Shown: positions 45,339 through 54,848 of the stretch, piece after piece | Layout: each line of letters starts with the position of its first letter | Position numbering within the stretch: the stretch's first letter is position 1 | Source: an archaeon | GTDB taxonomy: Archaea > Nanobdellota > Nanobdellia > Pacearchaeales > GW2011-AR1 | Direction of reading: 5' to 3' | DNA length: 64,000 bases | NCBI GenBank assembly: GCA_018657525.1 | Contig: JABHWZ010000009.1 | Location: forward strand, 2,855-66,854 | Translations under genes and position numbers: made by a program | The notes under the pieces: generated by a model | Seen by the model: the letters and a program-made list of their open reading frames with translations, nothing else | What the model was told of the DNA's origin: nothing | Databases searched by the model: none

Positions 45339-45558
45339 GGGGTTCTTTTTTCAAAAAAAGTAGCGAACGAGTCGCTTCGAGTTCTCCTCCTTCGTCGGAA
45401 AAAAGAACCTACAGTGGTAGAAAATGGGTTTTTCTTTTAGAAAAAGAATAACCACAGTGTAAAAGAAGACTAAAATTGAAATCTTATTCAAGATTTGTGA
45501 GTTAGAATTTTCTTCTTTTTGCCTCCTACAGAAAATTCCCATGAGGGTTTTTCTTTTC
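45339..45558. repeat. family C structured element, copy 2, with duplicated head hairpin and a 39-nt GC-rich nested insertion (45360-45398)
   Basis: ggggttcttttttcaaaaaaa[gtagcgaacgagtcgcttcgagttctcctccttcgtcgg]aaaaaagaacctacagtggtag...aaatcttattcaagattt...gaattttc...gaaaattc. Confidence 0.8.
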
Positions 45559-45580
45559 AAATTATAAAATGCAATTTATT

Positions 45581-46228
45581 TTATTTGGAAAATAATGTGG
45601 GGTTTTCTTTTTGTATGTCTTTAATTATTCCATTGAAAATTAGTGTCTTTTTTGTTTTGAGGTAGATGTATGCAATTGAGGAGGAGATTACTGCCCCAAT
45701 TGTGTCAATTATTAGGTCGCCCATCGTGTCTATCAATCCTGATTTTTGCATATTGAATCCGAAAACTTGATCCATTGTAAATTCGAATATTTCCCAGATT
45801 GCTCCAATTGCTATTGCAAATGAGAATGAAAAGATTGCTAGTGTCCATGACCTTGCTTTTATTCCTTGTCTGCTAGCTAGATAGTAGATTACTATGAATC
45901 CTATAAATCCAAATATTATTGCTGAGCCTGCATGAAGAAGTAAGTCCCACCACCAAAATATGTTATAGAAATCATGGATCTCCCCTAGGAAGAGAGTTGC
46001 ATAAATAAAGAGAGTAATTAATAATTCTATTTCTGTGGGAGTTTTTATTTTGTATGTTTTTTTTGCTATCCACGGAAGAAGGGTTAATAGAAATGTTAGT
46101 CCTGCTACAAAAAGTATTGTCCATTGTGATCTTATAGTAGCGAAGATGATAGCGTAGAATAATGTGGTTAAAAGTATAAGGGATATTAACTTGTATAATT
46201 TTTTTATGGAGAGGTGATATTTATTCAT
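45581..46228 (-). CDS. polytopic membrane protein
   Basis: Six or so TMs; WEIFEF...DTMGDLIIDTIGA motif; family not confidently recognised. Confidence 0.6.
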   Translation of the reverse strand: MNKYHLSIKKLYKLISLILLTTLFYAIIFATIRSQWTILFVAGLTFLLTLLPWIAKKTYKIKTPTEIELLITLFIYATLFLGEIHDFYNIFWWWDLLLHAGSAIIFGFIGFIVIYYLASRQGIKARSWTLAIFSFSFAIAIGAIWEIFEFTMDQVFGFNMQKSGLIDTMGDLIIDTIGAVISSSIAYIYLKTKKTLIFNGIIKDIQKENPTLFSK

Positions 46229-46377
46229 GGTATACTTAAGGTTTTAGGGTTAAAAAGATTTTTGATTGTTTAGATAGCCATTTAAAATTATTGAATGTAT
46301 GGTTTTTGTCTTGCAAATATAAGTTTGTAGCAAAGGAAAGATATTTTAAAGGGTAAATTAGATGTTTATAATATGTT

Positions 46378-46449
46378 GGGCCTATATTTCAATGGATAGA
46401 ATAACAGGTTTCGGCCCTGTTGATCGAGGTTCGAATCCTCGTAGGCTCA
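46378..46449 (+). tRNA. tRNA-Arg (anticodon TCG)
   Basis: GGGCCTA acceptor, anticodon loop TTTCGGC, T-arm CGAGG-TTCGAAT-CCTCG. Confidence 0.8.
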
Positions 46450-46451
46450 TT

Positions 46452-46600
46452 GAGGATCTGAACCTCGTCCTCACTTTGTTGCGGATGAGACTCTTCCGCT
46501 GAATTGGAAAATCTCATAGTCACTTTGTTCTCAACAAGTTGGATGAGACTCTTCCGCTGAATTGGAAAATCTCATAGAGGATCGAAGCTTTGTAGGCTCA
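46452..46600 (+). repeat. downstream mosaic: degenerate T-arm/3'-end copy (46452-46473), 36-nt perfect tandem repeat (46483-46518, 46541-46576), second 3'-end copy (46577-46600, 20/24)
   Basis: gaggatctgaacctcgtcctca and gaggatcgaagctttgtaggctca versus the real gaggttcgaatcctcgtaggctca; ggatgagactcttccgctgaattggaaaatctcata occurs twice. Confidence 0.8.
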
Positions 46601-46630
46601 TTTGGGATCCAAAGGAAAAATAGTATTAAA

Positions 46631-46792
46631 ATGAAAAAATGTCCGGCGTGTAATAGTTCTAGAATAACTTCTTCAGAAGATGGAATGAGTTGTAAAAGGT
46701 GTGGTTATACAAATAAAAAGAATGATAATTTGAATGAGGATTTGGGGAAGGGAAATGGGGGGAAGTTTTTGGGCTCTCTGAAAATTTGTTGA
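46631..46792 (+). CDS. small zinc-ribbon protein (53 aa)
   Basis: MKKCPACNS...CKRCG; start moved out of the repeat region. Confidence 0.45.
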   Translation: MKKCPACNSSRITSSEDGMSCKRCGYTNKKNDNLNEDLGKGNGGKFLGSLKIC

Positions 46793-46864
46793 AAAGAGGA
46801 TTATTAATTTTAAAGTAGTAAATTAATCGAAAGCTTTATAAAGTATTTATTTATCTGCTTTTGT

Positions 46865-47176
46865 ATGAGAAATAAAAATTTTCCTTTGGCAAAAATATTG
46901 AATGTTACTGCAACAGAATATTTGGCTTCTGTCGGTAAGGAATTAAGTGACTATGAACTTAGGGGGGTACATCTGGAAACAGGCGAGTTATATAAAAAAG
47001 ATGATCCAGATTCTTTTGTAGAAGCATTTGCCGAAGTAGTTCCTAGAAACACAGAAGTTGTTGTAAATTATCAGATGAACGTAGGAACATCGCAATCTAG
47101 CTCTTTTTGGTTTGGTAGGCATCAGTTTGTATCATACAATGGAATAGGAATCGCTTTAGTTCCCAAGGAAATTTAA
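46865..47176 (+). CDS. hypothetical protein
   Basis: ORF only. Confidence 0.45.
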   Translation: MRNKNFPLAKILNVTATEYLASVGKELSDYELRGVHLETGELYKKDDPDSFVEAFAEVVPRNTEVVVNYQMNVGTSQSSSFWFGRHQFVSYNGIGIALVPKEI

Positions 47177-47181
47177 ATTTT

Positions 47182-48657
47182 TCATTTCAACAACTCAACT
47201 AAAATTTCTCTCGCTGTTTTATAATCTGCTCGTTTATTTGTTAAACGCATGACTTGTCCGATGAGGAAATTAATTGATTTTTCCTCTCCAGCCTTATAGT
47301 CTTTAACTGCTTTTGAATTTTCCCTAATTACTTCTTTTGCTATTTTTTCTATTTCTTCAGTATTTGAAATTGTTGCTGATTTTTTTGCTATGTTTTTTGG
47401 AGATTGTGATTTTTCTTTCCAGCTTCTTAAAATATCTTTGGCTTTAAGTTCTGTAAGTTTTTTCTTTTCTATTAATTCTAAAAGTTCTAGGAAATGTTCG
47501 TATTTTATTTCGGTATCTTCGAGGGTTATTTTGTTATAATTTAATACACTTAGTAATTCTTCTGTTGTCCATCTTATTGCTAAATTTTTGTTTTTTGTTT
47601 TTTCTACTACTTTTTCAAAGAATTCAACTAAGTCAATATTTTTTGTTAATATTCCTGCTGATTTTTCTGGGACTTTATATTTTTTAATTAATTTTTCTAG
47701 TTTTGTTTTTGGAGTTTCTGGAATTGATTTTTTTAATTTTTCAATTCTAGCTTTTGTAATTTTTATTGTAGGTAAATCTGGGTCTGAAATAAATCTGTAA
47801 TCTTGAGCCTCTTCCTTTGAACGCATTTTTGTTGTTGCTTGTTTTTGTGCATCATATCTTCGAGTTTCTTGATGAACTGGTAATTCTTTTTCTTGTCTGG
47901 CAATTTCTATATCAATTGAATTTTTTATATTAGTGATAGAGTTTACATTCTTTATTTCTATTCTGGTGTGATTTGTTTCTTTGATTGAAACATTAACGTC
48001 AGATTTTATTCCTGCTTTTTTATCAATGGCCTTTATGTAATCTAAATTTGTTATTAGTTGTTTTAACCATTCTTCAACTTCTTCAGAATTTTTGAAATCA
48101 GGTTCAGTAACTATTTCAATTAATGGACTTCCACTTCTATTGTAATCGATTTCTCCTGTTTGTGGATTCCATGCTGCTGGGTCTTCTTCAAGGTGGCACT
48201 CAGTTATTTTTATGCCTAAAAATTTTCCATTTTCTCCAATTGGAATTGCATGAGGTCCAGATAATGTGTTTTGGTAACCTTTTGGAAGGTCTGGCCAAGA
48301 ATAATGTTTTCTTTGCCAAGCGAGAGGACCCCTTGTTCCTCTCGCGCTCTCTCCTCGAAGCTCTGATACCCTGAAGGGCACGAGAGGGCGGCATCTTTTC
48401 TTTGCCTCCGATGGATACCGCATGTTTTTTATTCCATTTATTTTACATCCGAGAATTAATGCTATTTGAATTGCCTTGTCTATTGCAGAAGAATTTGGGG
48501 GCATTGGTTTACAACCAGGTTGCCCGGTACAAATTGGACAAATATTTGTGTTTGGTTTGGCGTGCTTTGCTCCGTGTTCAGCTTTACAAGTGCAAAATAG
48601 TTTCTCTTTGGTTTCAAGGTATCCGTGAATTTCTAAACCGATAATTGCTTTTGTCAT
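47182..48657 (-). CDS. gatB: Asp/Glu-tRNA amidotransferase subunit B carrying an in-frame ~33-aa insertion
   Basis: GLEIHGYLETKEKLFCTC, RKHYSWPDLPKGYQ, C-terminal INFLIGQVMRLTNKRAD. Confidence 0.85.
   Translation of the reverse strand: MTKAIIGLEIHGYLETKEKLFCTCKAEHGAKHAKPNTNICPICTGQPGCKPMPPNSSAIDKAIQIALILGCKINGIKNMRYPSEAKKRCRPLVPFRVSELRGESARGTRGPLAWQRKHYSWPDLPKGYQNTLSGPHAIPIGENGKFLGIKITECHLEEDPAAWNPQTGEIDYNRSGSPLIEIVTEPDFKNSEEVEEWLKQLITNLDYIKAIDKKAGIKSDVNVSIKETNHTRIEIKNVNSITNIKNSIDIEIARQEKELPVHQETRRYDAQKQATTKMRSKEEAQDYRFISDPDLPTIKITKARIEKLKKSIPETPKTKLEKLIKKYKVPEKSAGILTKNIDLVEFFEKVVEKTKNKNLAIRWTTEELLSVLNYNKITLEDTEIKYEHFLELLELIEKKKLTELKAKDILRSWKEKSQSPKNIAKKSATISNTEEIEKIAKEVIRENSKAVKDYKAGEEKSINFLIGQVMRLTNKRADYKTAREILVELLK
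48322..48420. repeat. GC-rich palindrome-bearing insertion inside gatB (99 nt, in frame)
   Basis: 58 of 99 bases are G/C by my count, in an AT-rich gene; hairpin gcgagagga/tcctctcgc; contains family G motif 48366-48391. Confidence 0.75.
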
Positions 48658-48707
48658 ATTAGAATATGGAAAGATAGTTTTTTATATCTTTATCTTTTTG
48701 TTTTTTT

Positions 48708-49025
48708 ATGAGAGAATTTTCAAGGCATTCAAAATTTCTTTTTAATAGTTTGCATAATTTGGGTGCTGTTTTTGATGAGCAAGAATTAAGAACTGGATTA
48801 TTTACTTATGCTTGTGAATTTGCGACATTGGATGGATTTGATCCCGCCAAATCTACTAATTATTTGGAGTGGTTAATGTATGAAAAATTAATTCAAACCT
48901 TTAAATTTTGTAGAGAGGCTTACGAATTAGGGGGATTGGGATTGGAGATTAATATTCCCACTGATAAGATTTTGGATGGAGTATTAAAAGAGAAAGAGTC
49001 TTGTGTTTTTTCTTATATTAGATAA
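48708..49025 (+). CDS. hypothetical protein
   Basis: ORF only. Confidence 0.45.
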   Translation: MREFSRHSKFLFNSLHNLGAVFDEQELRTGLFTYACEFATLDGFDPAKSTNYLEWLMYEKLIQTFKFCREAYELGGLGLEINIPTDKILDGVLKEKESCVFSYIR

Positions 49026-49054
49026 CTTTTTAACTAAACGCTTTCTTTAGGATT

Positions 49055-50338
49055 ATGGAAAAAACTAATGCAAAATCAGGGGATTACGTTGAAGTTCATT
49101 TGACTCAGAAAATTTATGAGGGAGTGCTTTTAGAGAGTTCTGAGGATGAGAAAAATATTATTTTGTTAAAGTTAGATAATGGGTATAATATTGGGTTTCT
49201 TAAAAAAGATATTCAGAAAATTATTGTTAATGAGAAGGCAAAGGAGAGTAAAGAAGAATTGAATATTAAGAAAGATAATTCAAAGCCGAATGTTGGAATG
49301 ATTATTACTGGAGGGACAATTGCTGCGCGTTTGAATCCAAAAAAGGGGGGAGTGGATTGGGTTGATACTCCTGAAAGTTTGTTTAAATATTATCCTGGGA
49401 TTTTTGATAAAGTAAATATTTCAAAAATTGATGTGCCATTTATGAAAGCATCAGAAGATATGGATTTTAAGGATTGGCAAAAAATTGCTCGGTCTGCTGA
49501 TAAGATGTTGAATGATTCAAATATACAAGGAATTATTGTTACGCATGGTACTGACTTTTTGCATTATACTTCTGCGGCTTTGAGTTTTTTTCTTAGAGAT
49601 TTAAATAAGCCGGTTGTTTTAACATATTCTCAGAGATCTATTGATCGAGCTTCATCAGATGCTAATTTAAATTTGCAATGTAGTGCTCTTGTTGCTATTT
49701 CAGATATTGCTGAAGTTATGTTAGTGGGGCATTCTTCATCTGATGATGATTATTGTGATGCAATGATTGGGACAAAGGTGAGAAAGTTACATTCGACTAA
49801 ACGAGCGGCGTTTAAATCGGTGAATGTGAAACCACTTGCGAAAGTTTATCCTGGGGAAATTGATATCCTCGGAAAATATCAGGTTAGAAATAAGGGCAAA
49901 GTTAAATTAGATATTAAGTTTGAGGAAAAAGTCGCTTTGGTTAAATTTTATCCTGGCATGTCTCCAGAGATTTTAGATTATTATTTGAAAAAAAAGTATA
50001 ATGGAATTGTTTTGGAGATGGGGGCTTTAGGTCACGTGGCAACTAAAAGGGCTAGATTAGGTTGGACTAAAAAGTTAAAAGAAGTGCAAGAGAAAGGGAT
50101 GATTGTTTGTGGGGTTACTCAATGTATTTTTGGCCGGACTGATCCGTTAGTTTATTCTAATGGGCGAGAGCTTTTAGCAACGGGAATTATTTATCTAGAA
50201 GATATGTTAGCAGAAACAGCTTTTGTAAAATTGGGGTGGGTTTTAGGTCATGAAGATTGGGCGAAAGATAAAGAATTAGTTAAAGAGAAAATGTTGGAAA
50301 ATATTGCTGGAGAATTAAACGATAGATTAGAAGAATGA
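49055..50338 (+). CDS. gatD: Glu-tRNA(Gln) amidotransferase subunit D
   Basis: N-terminal GDYVEV...GVLLES barrel followed by an asparaginase-like domain (IITGGTIA..., HGTD). Confidence 0.85.
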   Translation: MEKTNAKSGDYVEVHLTQKIYEGVLLESSEDEKNIILLKLDNGYNIGFLKKDIQKIIVNEKAKESKEELNIKKDNSKPNVGMIITGGTIAARLNPKKGGVDWVDTPESLFKYYPGIFDKVNISKIDVPFMKASEDMDFKDWQKIARSADKMLNDSNIQGIIVTHGTDFLHYTSAALSFFLRDLNKPVVLTYSQRSIDRASSDANLNLQCSALVAISDIAEVMLVGHSSSDDDYCDAMIGTKVRKLHSTKRAAFKSVNVKPLAKVYPGEIDILGKYQVRNKGKVKLDIKFEEKVALVKFYPGMSPEILDYYLKKKYNGIVLEMGALGHVATKRARLGWTKKLKEVQEKGMIVCGVTQCIFGRTDPLVYSNGRELLATGIIYLEDMLAETAFVKLGWVLGHEDWAKDKELVKEKMLENIAGELNDRLEE

Positions 50339-51063
50339 AAATTGATTTACATGCACATTTAGAGATGTGTGAAAATTCTGAAAAGGTTATTTCAAATGCG
50401 AAAAGTGTTTTAATTGTGGCTGCGGGAGTTGATTTGAATTCTAATAAAAAAGTTTTGGAGTTTTCTGAAAATTTTGAAAATGTAAAATGTTCTTTTGGAC
50501 TTTATCCAATTGAGGCTTTGGAATTATCTGGGAAAGAACTACAGAAAGAATTGGATTTTATTGAAAAAAATAAAAATAAAATAATTGCAATTGGGGAAGT
50601 TGGAATTGATTTGAAAGAATCAGATAATTTGGAAAAGCAGAGAAATAATTTTTTGAAAATAATTGAGTTAGCTAAGAAAATAGATAAACCTTTGATTGTG
50701 CATTCGCGGAAATCTGAAAAAGAGATTCTTGAAATTTTAGAACAGGAAAAGGTTAAGAGGGTGGTGATGCATTGTTTTTCTGGAAATTTTAAATTAGTAA
50801 AACGTATTGTTGAAAATGGCTGGTCTTTTAGTATCCCAACTTGTGTTAAGAGAAGTGAGCATTTTCAGAAGATTATTTTAGAAGTTCCAATTGAAAATTT
50901 ATTTTGTGAAACTGATTCTCCGTTTTTACATCCAGATGGAGAAAAAAATAATGAACCTAAAAATGTTATTGAGAGTTATAAAATGATTTCAAAAATAAAA
51001 AAATTAAGTTTAAAAGAAGTTGAGAAAAAGATTGAAGAAAATTTTGAGAGATTATTTTTTTAA
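50335..51063 (+). CDS. TatD-family metal-dependent hydrolase
   Basis: IDLHAHL, GEVGIDL, VHSR, MHCFSG, ETDSPF. Confidence 0.8.
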   Translation: MKIDLHAHLEMCENSEKVISNAKSVLIVAAGVDLNSNKKVLEFSENFENVKCSFGLYPIEALELSGKELQKELDFIEKNKNKIIAIGEVGIDLKESDNLEKQRNNFLKIIELAKKIDKPLIVHSRKSEKEILEILEQEKVKRVVMHCFSGNFKLVKRIVENGWSFSIPTCVKRSEHFQKIILEVPIENLFCETDSPFLHPDGEKNNEPKNVIESYKMISKIKKLSLKEVEKKIEENFERLFF

Positions 51064-51492
51064 AAGTCTTTTTTCAATTCTGTTTAGTTGTGTTTGAATT
51101 TCCCCGATTTCTTTTTTTGCTTTTCTGTTTACTGCATAATCATATTGCGCTCTAATTCTGTCTTTTTGTGATTCTCTATTTTGACTCATTAAAATTATTG
51201 GAGCTTGAAGTGCCGCTAAACAAGATAAAACTAAATTAAGTAGGATAAATGGATAAGGATCAAAAGGGTCACCTTTTAGATATTTTTGTAAGAAAAGAGC
51301 GTTGGCGACGATCCATAAAATTAGGAAGAATAAAAAACTTAATATAAATGTCCAGGATCCGGCCCATTTTGTTATTGAGTCTGCTGCTTTTTGTCCAAAA
51401 GTTTTGGGAATTTTAAATGTTGGATGCTGGAGAGTCAGAAAATCTATTCCTTTTTTTAATGGGTTTGTTATTTTTTTCACTTCTTTTTTCAT
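51052..51492 (-). CDS. DUF1003 membrane protein
   Basis: ILLNLVLSCLAALQAPIILMSQNRESQKDRIRAQYDYAVNRKAKKEI. Confidence 0.7.
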   Translation of the reverse strand: MKKEVKKITNPLKKGIDFLTLQHPTFKIPKTFGQKAADSITKWAGSWTFILSFLFFLILWIVANALFLQKYLKGDPFDPYPFILLNLVLSCLAALQAPIILMSQNRESQKDRIRAQYDYAVNRKAKKEIGEIQTQLNRIEKRLLKK

Positions 51493-51606
51493 GTTTAACT
51501 TACGGAGAGGGTTTTTATAAATCTTTTCTGGTTTGTTATTCAGTGTTGTAACTCTTAGGGAGTAAAGAATAGAAAGATTTATAAGTAAAAGAGGGCTAAT
51601 GATAGT

Positions 51607-51897
51607 ATGGCAAGAAAAAATAAAAAAACAAAGAAGAAGGGTGGAATTGTTGGAGAGATTGAATTAGGAAGATTGCCTCCGGCTTTGGGTAACTTAGCTT
51701 GCTCTGTTTTTAAGGATTCTAAACATGCAGGAAATTCTAGAAAAATTTATCATAATCAACAAGGGCACTTCTTTGGCGAAGGTCCCTTTGTAGAGTTTGT
51801 TGGGAAAGGGAATAAGGGAAGACTTGTTTTAGATTTTGGTTCTGGAGAAGTTTACGCTACTTTGGATCATCATAATAGTTATAGATTGGTTGTTTAA
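51607..51897 (+). CDS. hypothetical protein
   Basis: ORF only. Confidence 0.45.
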   Translation: MARKNKKTKKKGGIVGEIELGRLPPALGNLACSVFKDSKHAGNSRKIYHNQQGHFFGEGPFVEFVGKGNKGRLVLDFGSGEVYATLDHHNSYRLVV

Positions 51898-51970
51898 TTC
51901 CCACTAAATTAATAAACTCTTTTTTCTATTTAATTTTATGGCAATAGCACCTAAGGGCGTACTCCGAAAT

Positions 51971-53431
51971 ATGTCTAAGGAAATATTTACTAAAGGCAAT
52001 TATGAAAAATTAAAGTTTAAATCTGGTTTAGAGATTCATCAGCAGTTGGATACTGGAAAGCTTTTTTGTAATTGTCCGTCTGTTTTGAGAAAAGGTGAAC
52101 CGGATTTTGAAGTCAAGAGAAATCTTCATGCGGTTGCTGGCGAGAGTGGAGAAGTGGATGTTGCGGCACTTTATCAGACTTTTTTGAAAAAAGATTTTGT
52201 TTATCAAGGTTACGATGAGAATACTTGTCTTGTTGAATTAGATGAAGAGCCTCCACATGAAATTAATAAGGATGCTTTAAAAATCGCGGTTCAGATTGCT
52301 CTTTTAATGAATATGAAAATTTTTCCAATTACTCAGATTATGCGGAAGACGGTTATTGATGGTTCTAATACTTCTGGGTTTCAGAGAACAGCTATGATTG
52401 CTCGTGATGGTTTTGTTGAAACTTCTTTTGGGAAAGTTAAAATTGAGGCATTGTTTTTGGAAGAGGATTCTGCAAGGAATCTTAAGCGGGAAAAAACTGT
52501 TGAAATATATAAATTAGATAGATTGGGGATTCCATTAGTGGAAGTTGTGACTGCGCCAGAGATTAAAAATGCGGAGCATGCCAAAGAAGTTGCTTTGAAG
52601 ATTGGAGAAATTCTTCGTAGTTGTAAAGTTAGAAGGGGAATCGGAACTATTCGTCAGGATGTTAATGTTTCTATTCGAGGAGAGAATCGTGTTGAGATTA
52701 AAGGGATGCAGAATATGGATACTTTTGTGAAAGGAATTGAAAATGAGATTTTGAGACAAGAAGAACTTTCTGATGCTGGTAAGCCAGTTGAAAATGAAGT
52801 TAGGAATATTTTGCCAGACGCGAAGACAGAATTTTTGAGACCGCTGCCGGGTTCGTCTAGAATGTATCCTGAAACAGATTTGCCTTTGTTGAAAATTTCT
52901 AGAGATTTTATTAATGATGCAAAAAAGACTTTACCTAAACTCCGTGGAGAATTGGAGGGAGAGCTGAAGAGTAGAGGATTGAATGAGGAGATGATTAAAT
53001 TATTGTTTAAACGGAGAAAAGTTAATGAATTTAAGGATTTGCTTTCGGTTTATAATCAGACAGATTTTTTAGCTAAGTTGATTTTAATGTTTCCGAAGGA
53101 GATTGCCAAAAAAGAGAAATTAGCTTTAGAAAAAGTTGAGGAAATTTTTGAAGACAATTATGTTTCTATTTTGAATGCTTTAGAAAAAAATAAAATTTCT
53201 GAAGGAGATGTTAAAGATGTTTTAGTTAGTTTAGTAAAGGGAGAGGATTTTGAAAAAGCGATTAAGATTGAGAGAGTAGATGTTGGAGATGTTGAAGAGA
53301 GAATTATAAAATTAATTAATGAGAATCCTGGGCTTCGACCGAATGCGTACATGGGGTTGGTGATGAAAGAATTTGGGGGAAAGATTAATGGGGGAGAGGT
53401 TATGGAAATTATTGGAAAGTATTTGAAGTGA
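51971..53431 (+). CDS. gatE: Glu-tRNA(Gln) amidotransferase subunit E (short form)
   Basis: LKFKSGLEIHQQLDTGKLFCNCPS; start moved to ATG 51971. Confidence 0.8.
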   Translation: MSKEIFTKGNYEKLKFKSGLEIHQQLDTGKLFCNCPSVLRKGEPDFEVKRNLHAVAGESGEVDVAALYQTFLKKDFVYQGYDENTCLVELDEEPPHEINKDALKIAVQIALLMNMKIFPITQIMRKTVIDGSNTSGFQRTAMIARDGFVETSFGKVKIEALFLEEDSARNLKREKTVEIYKLDRLGIPLVEVVTAPEIKNAEHAKEVALKIGEILRSCKVRRGIGTIRQDVNVSIRGENRVEIKGMQNMDTFVKGIENEILRQEELSDAGKPVENEVRNILPDAKTEFLRPLPGSSRMYPETDLPLLKISRDFINDAKKTLPKLRGELEGELKSRGLNEEMIKLLFKRRKVNEFKDLLSVYNQTDFLAKLILMFPKEIAKKEKLALEKVEEIFEDNYVSILNALEKNKISEGDVKDVLVSLVKGEDFEKAIKIERVDVGDVEERIIKLINENPGLRPNAYMGLVMKEFGGKINGGEVMEIIGKYLK

Positions 53432-53612
53432 AAAAATTTATTTTTAATTTAATCAACTCTCAATCACGCTCGCAGTTTTTTATGGATTATTCTGCTACCA
53501 CGTAATTGTTCGCCCACCCTTTTTGTGGTTTTCCGCGAACCCAAATTGCAAAATCTCTTAGGAGATTTTGTTATGATTAAATTAAAATTATTTCTAATAG
53601 ATATATGAATTT

Positions 53613-54755
<1,143 letters not shown>

Positions 54756-54848
54756 TTAGTGAGTTAGCCTTAAAATTTATCTGTTTTTCTTATTTTATAC
54801 AATTTTTAATAAAAGAATATTTATAAATGCTAATCATTGAGTATATTT

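Noticed and set aside
48307-48406. 11-nt direct repeat ttttctttgcc (48307-48317 and 48396-48406) as the target-site duplication of the gatB insert
   Set aside because: The spacing is 89 nt, not a multiple of three, so precise excision would shift the frame. The repeat is also low-complexity. The insert boundaries therefore remain uncertain.
48322-48420. The gatB insert as an intein or as a BHB-type mRNA intron
   Set aside because: At 33 aa it is far too short for an intein and lacks the Cys/Ser...His-Asn junction residues. It is a multiple of three with no stop codon, and both flanks are in the same frame, so no splicing is needed.
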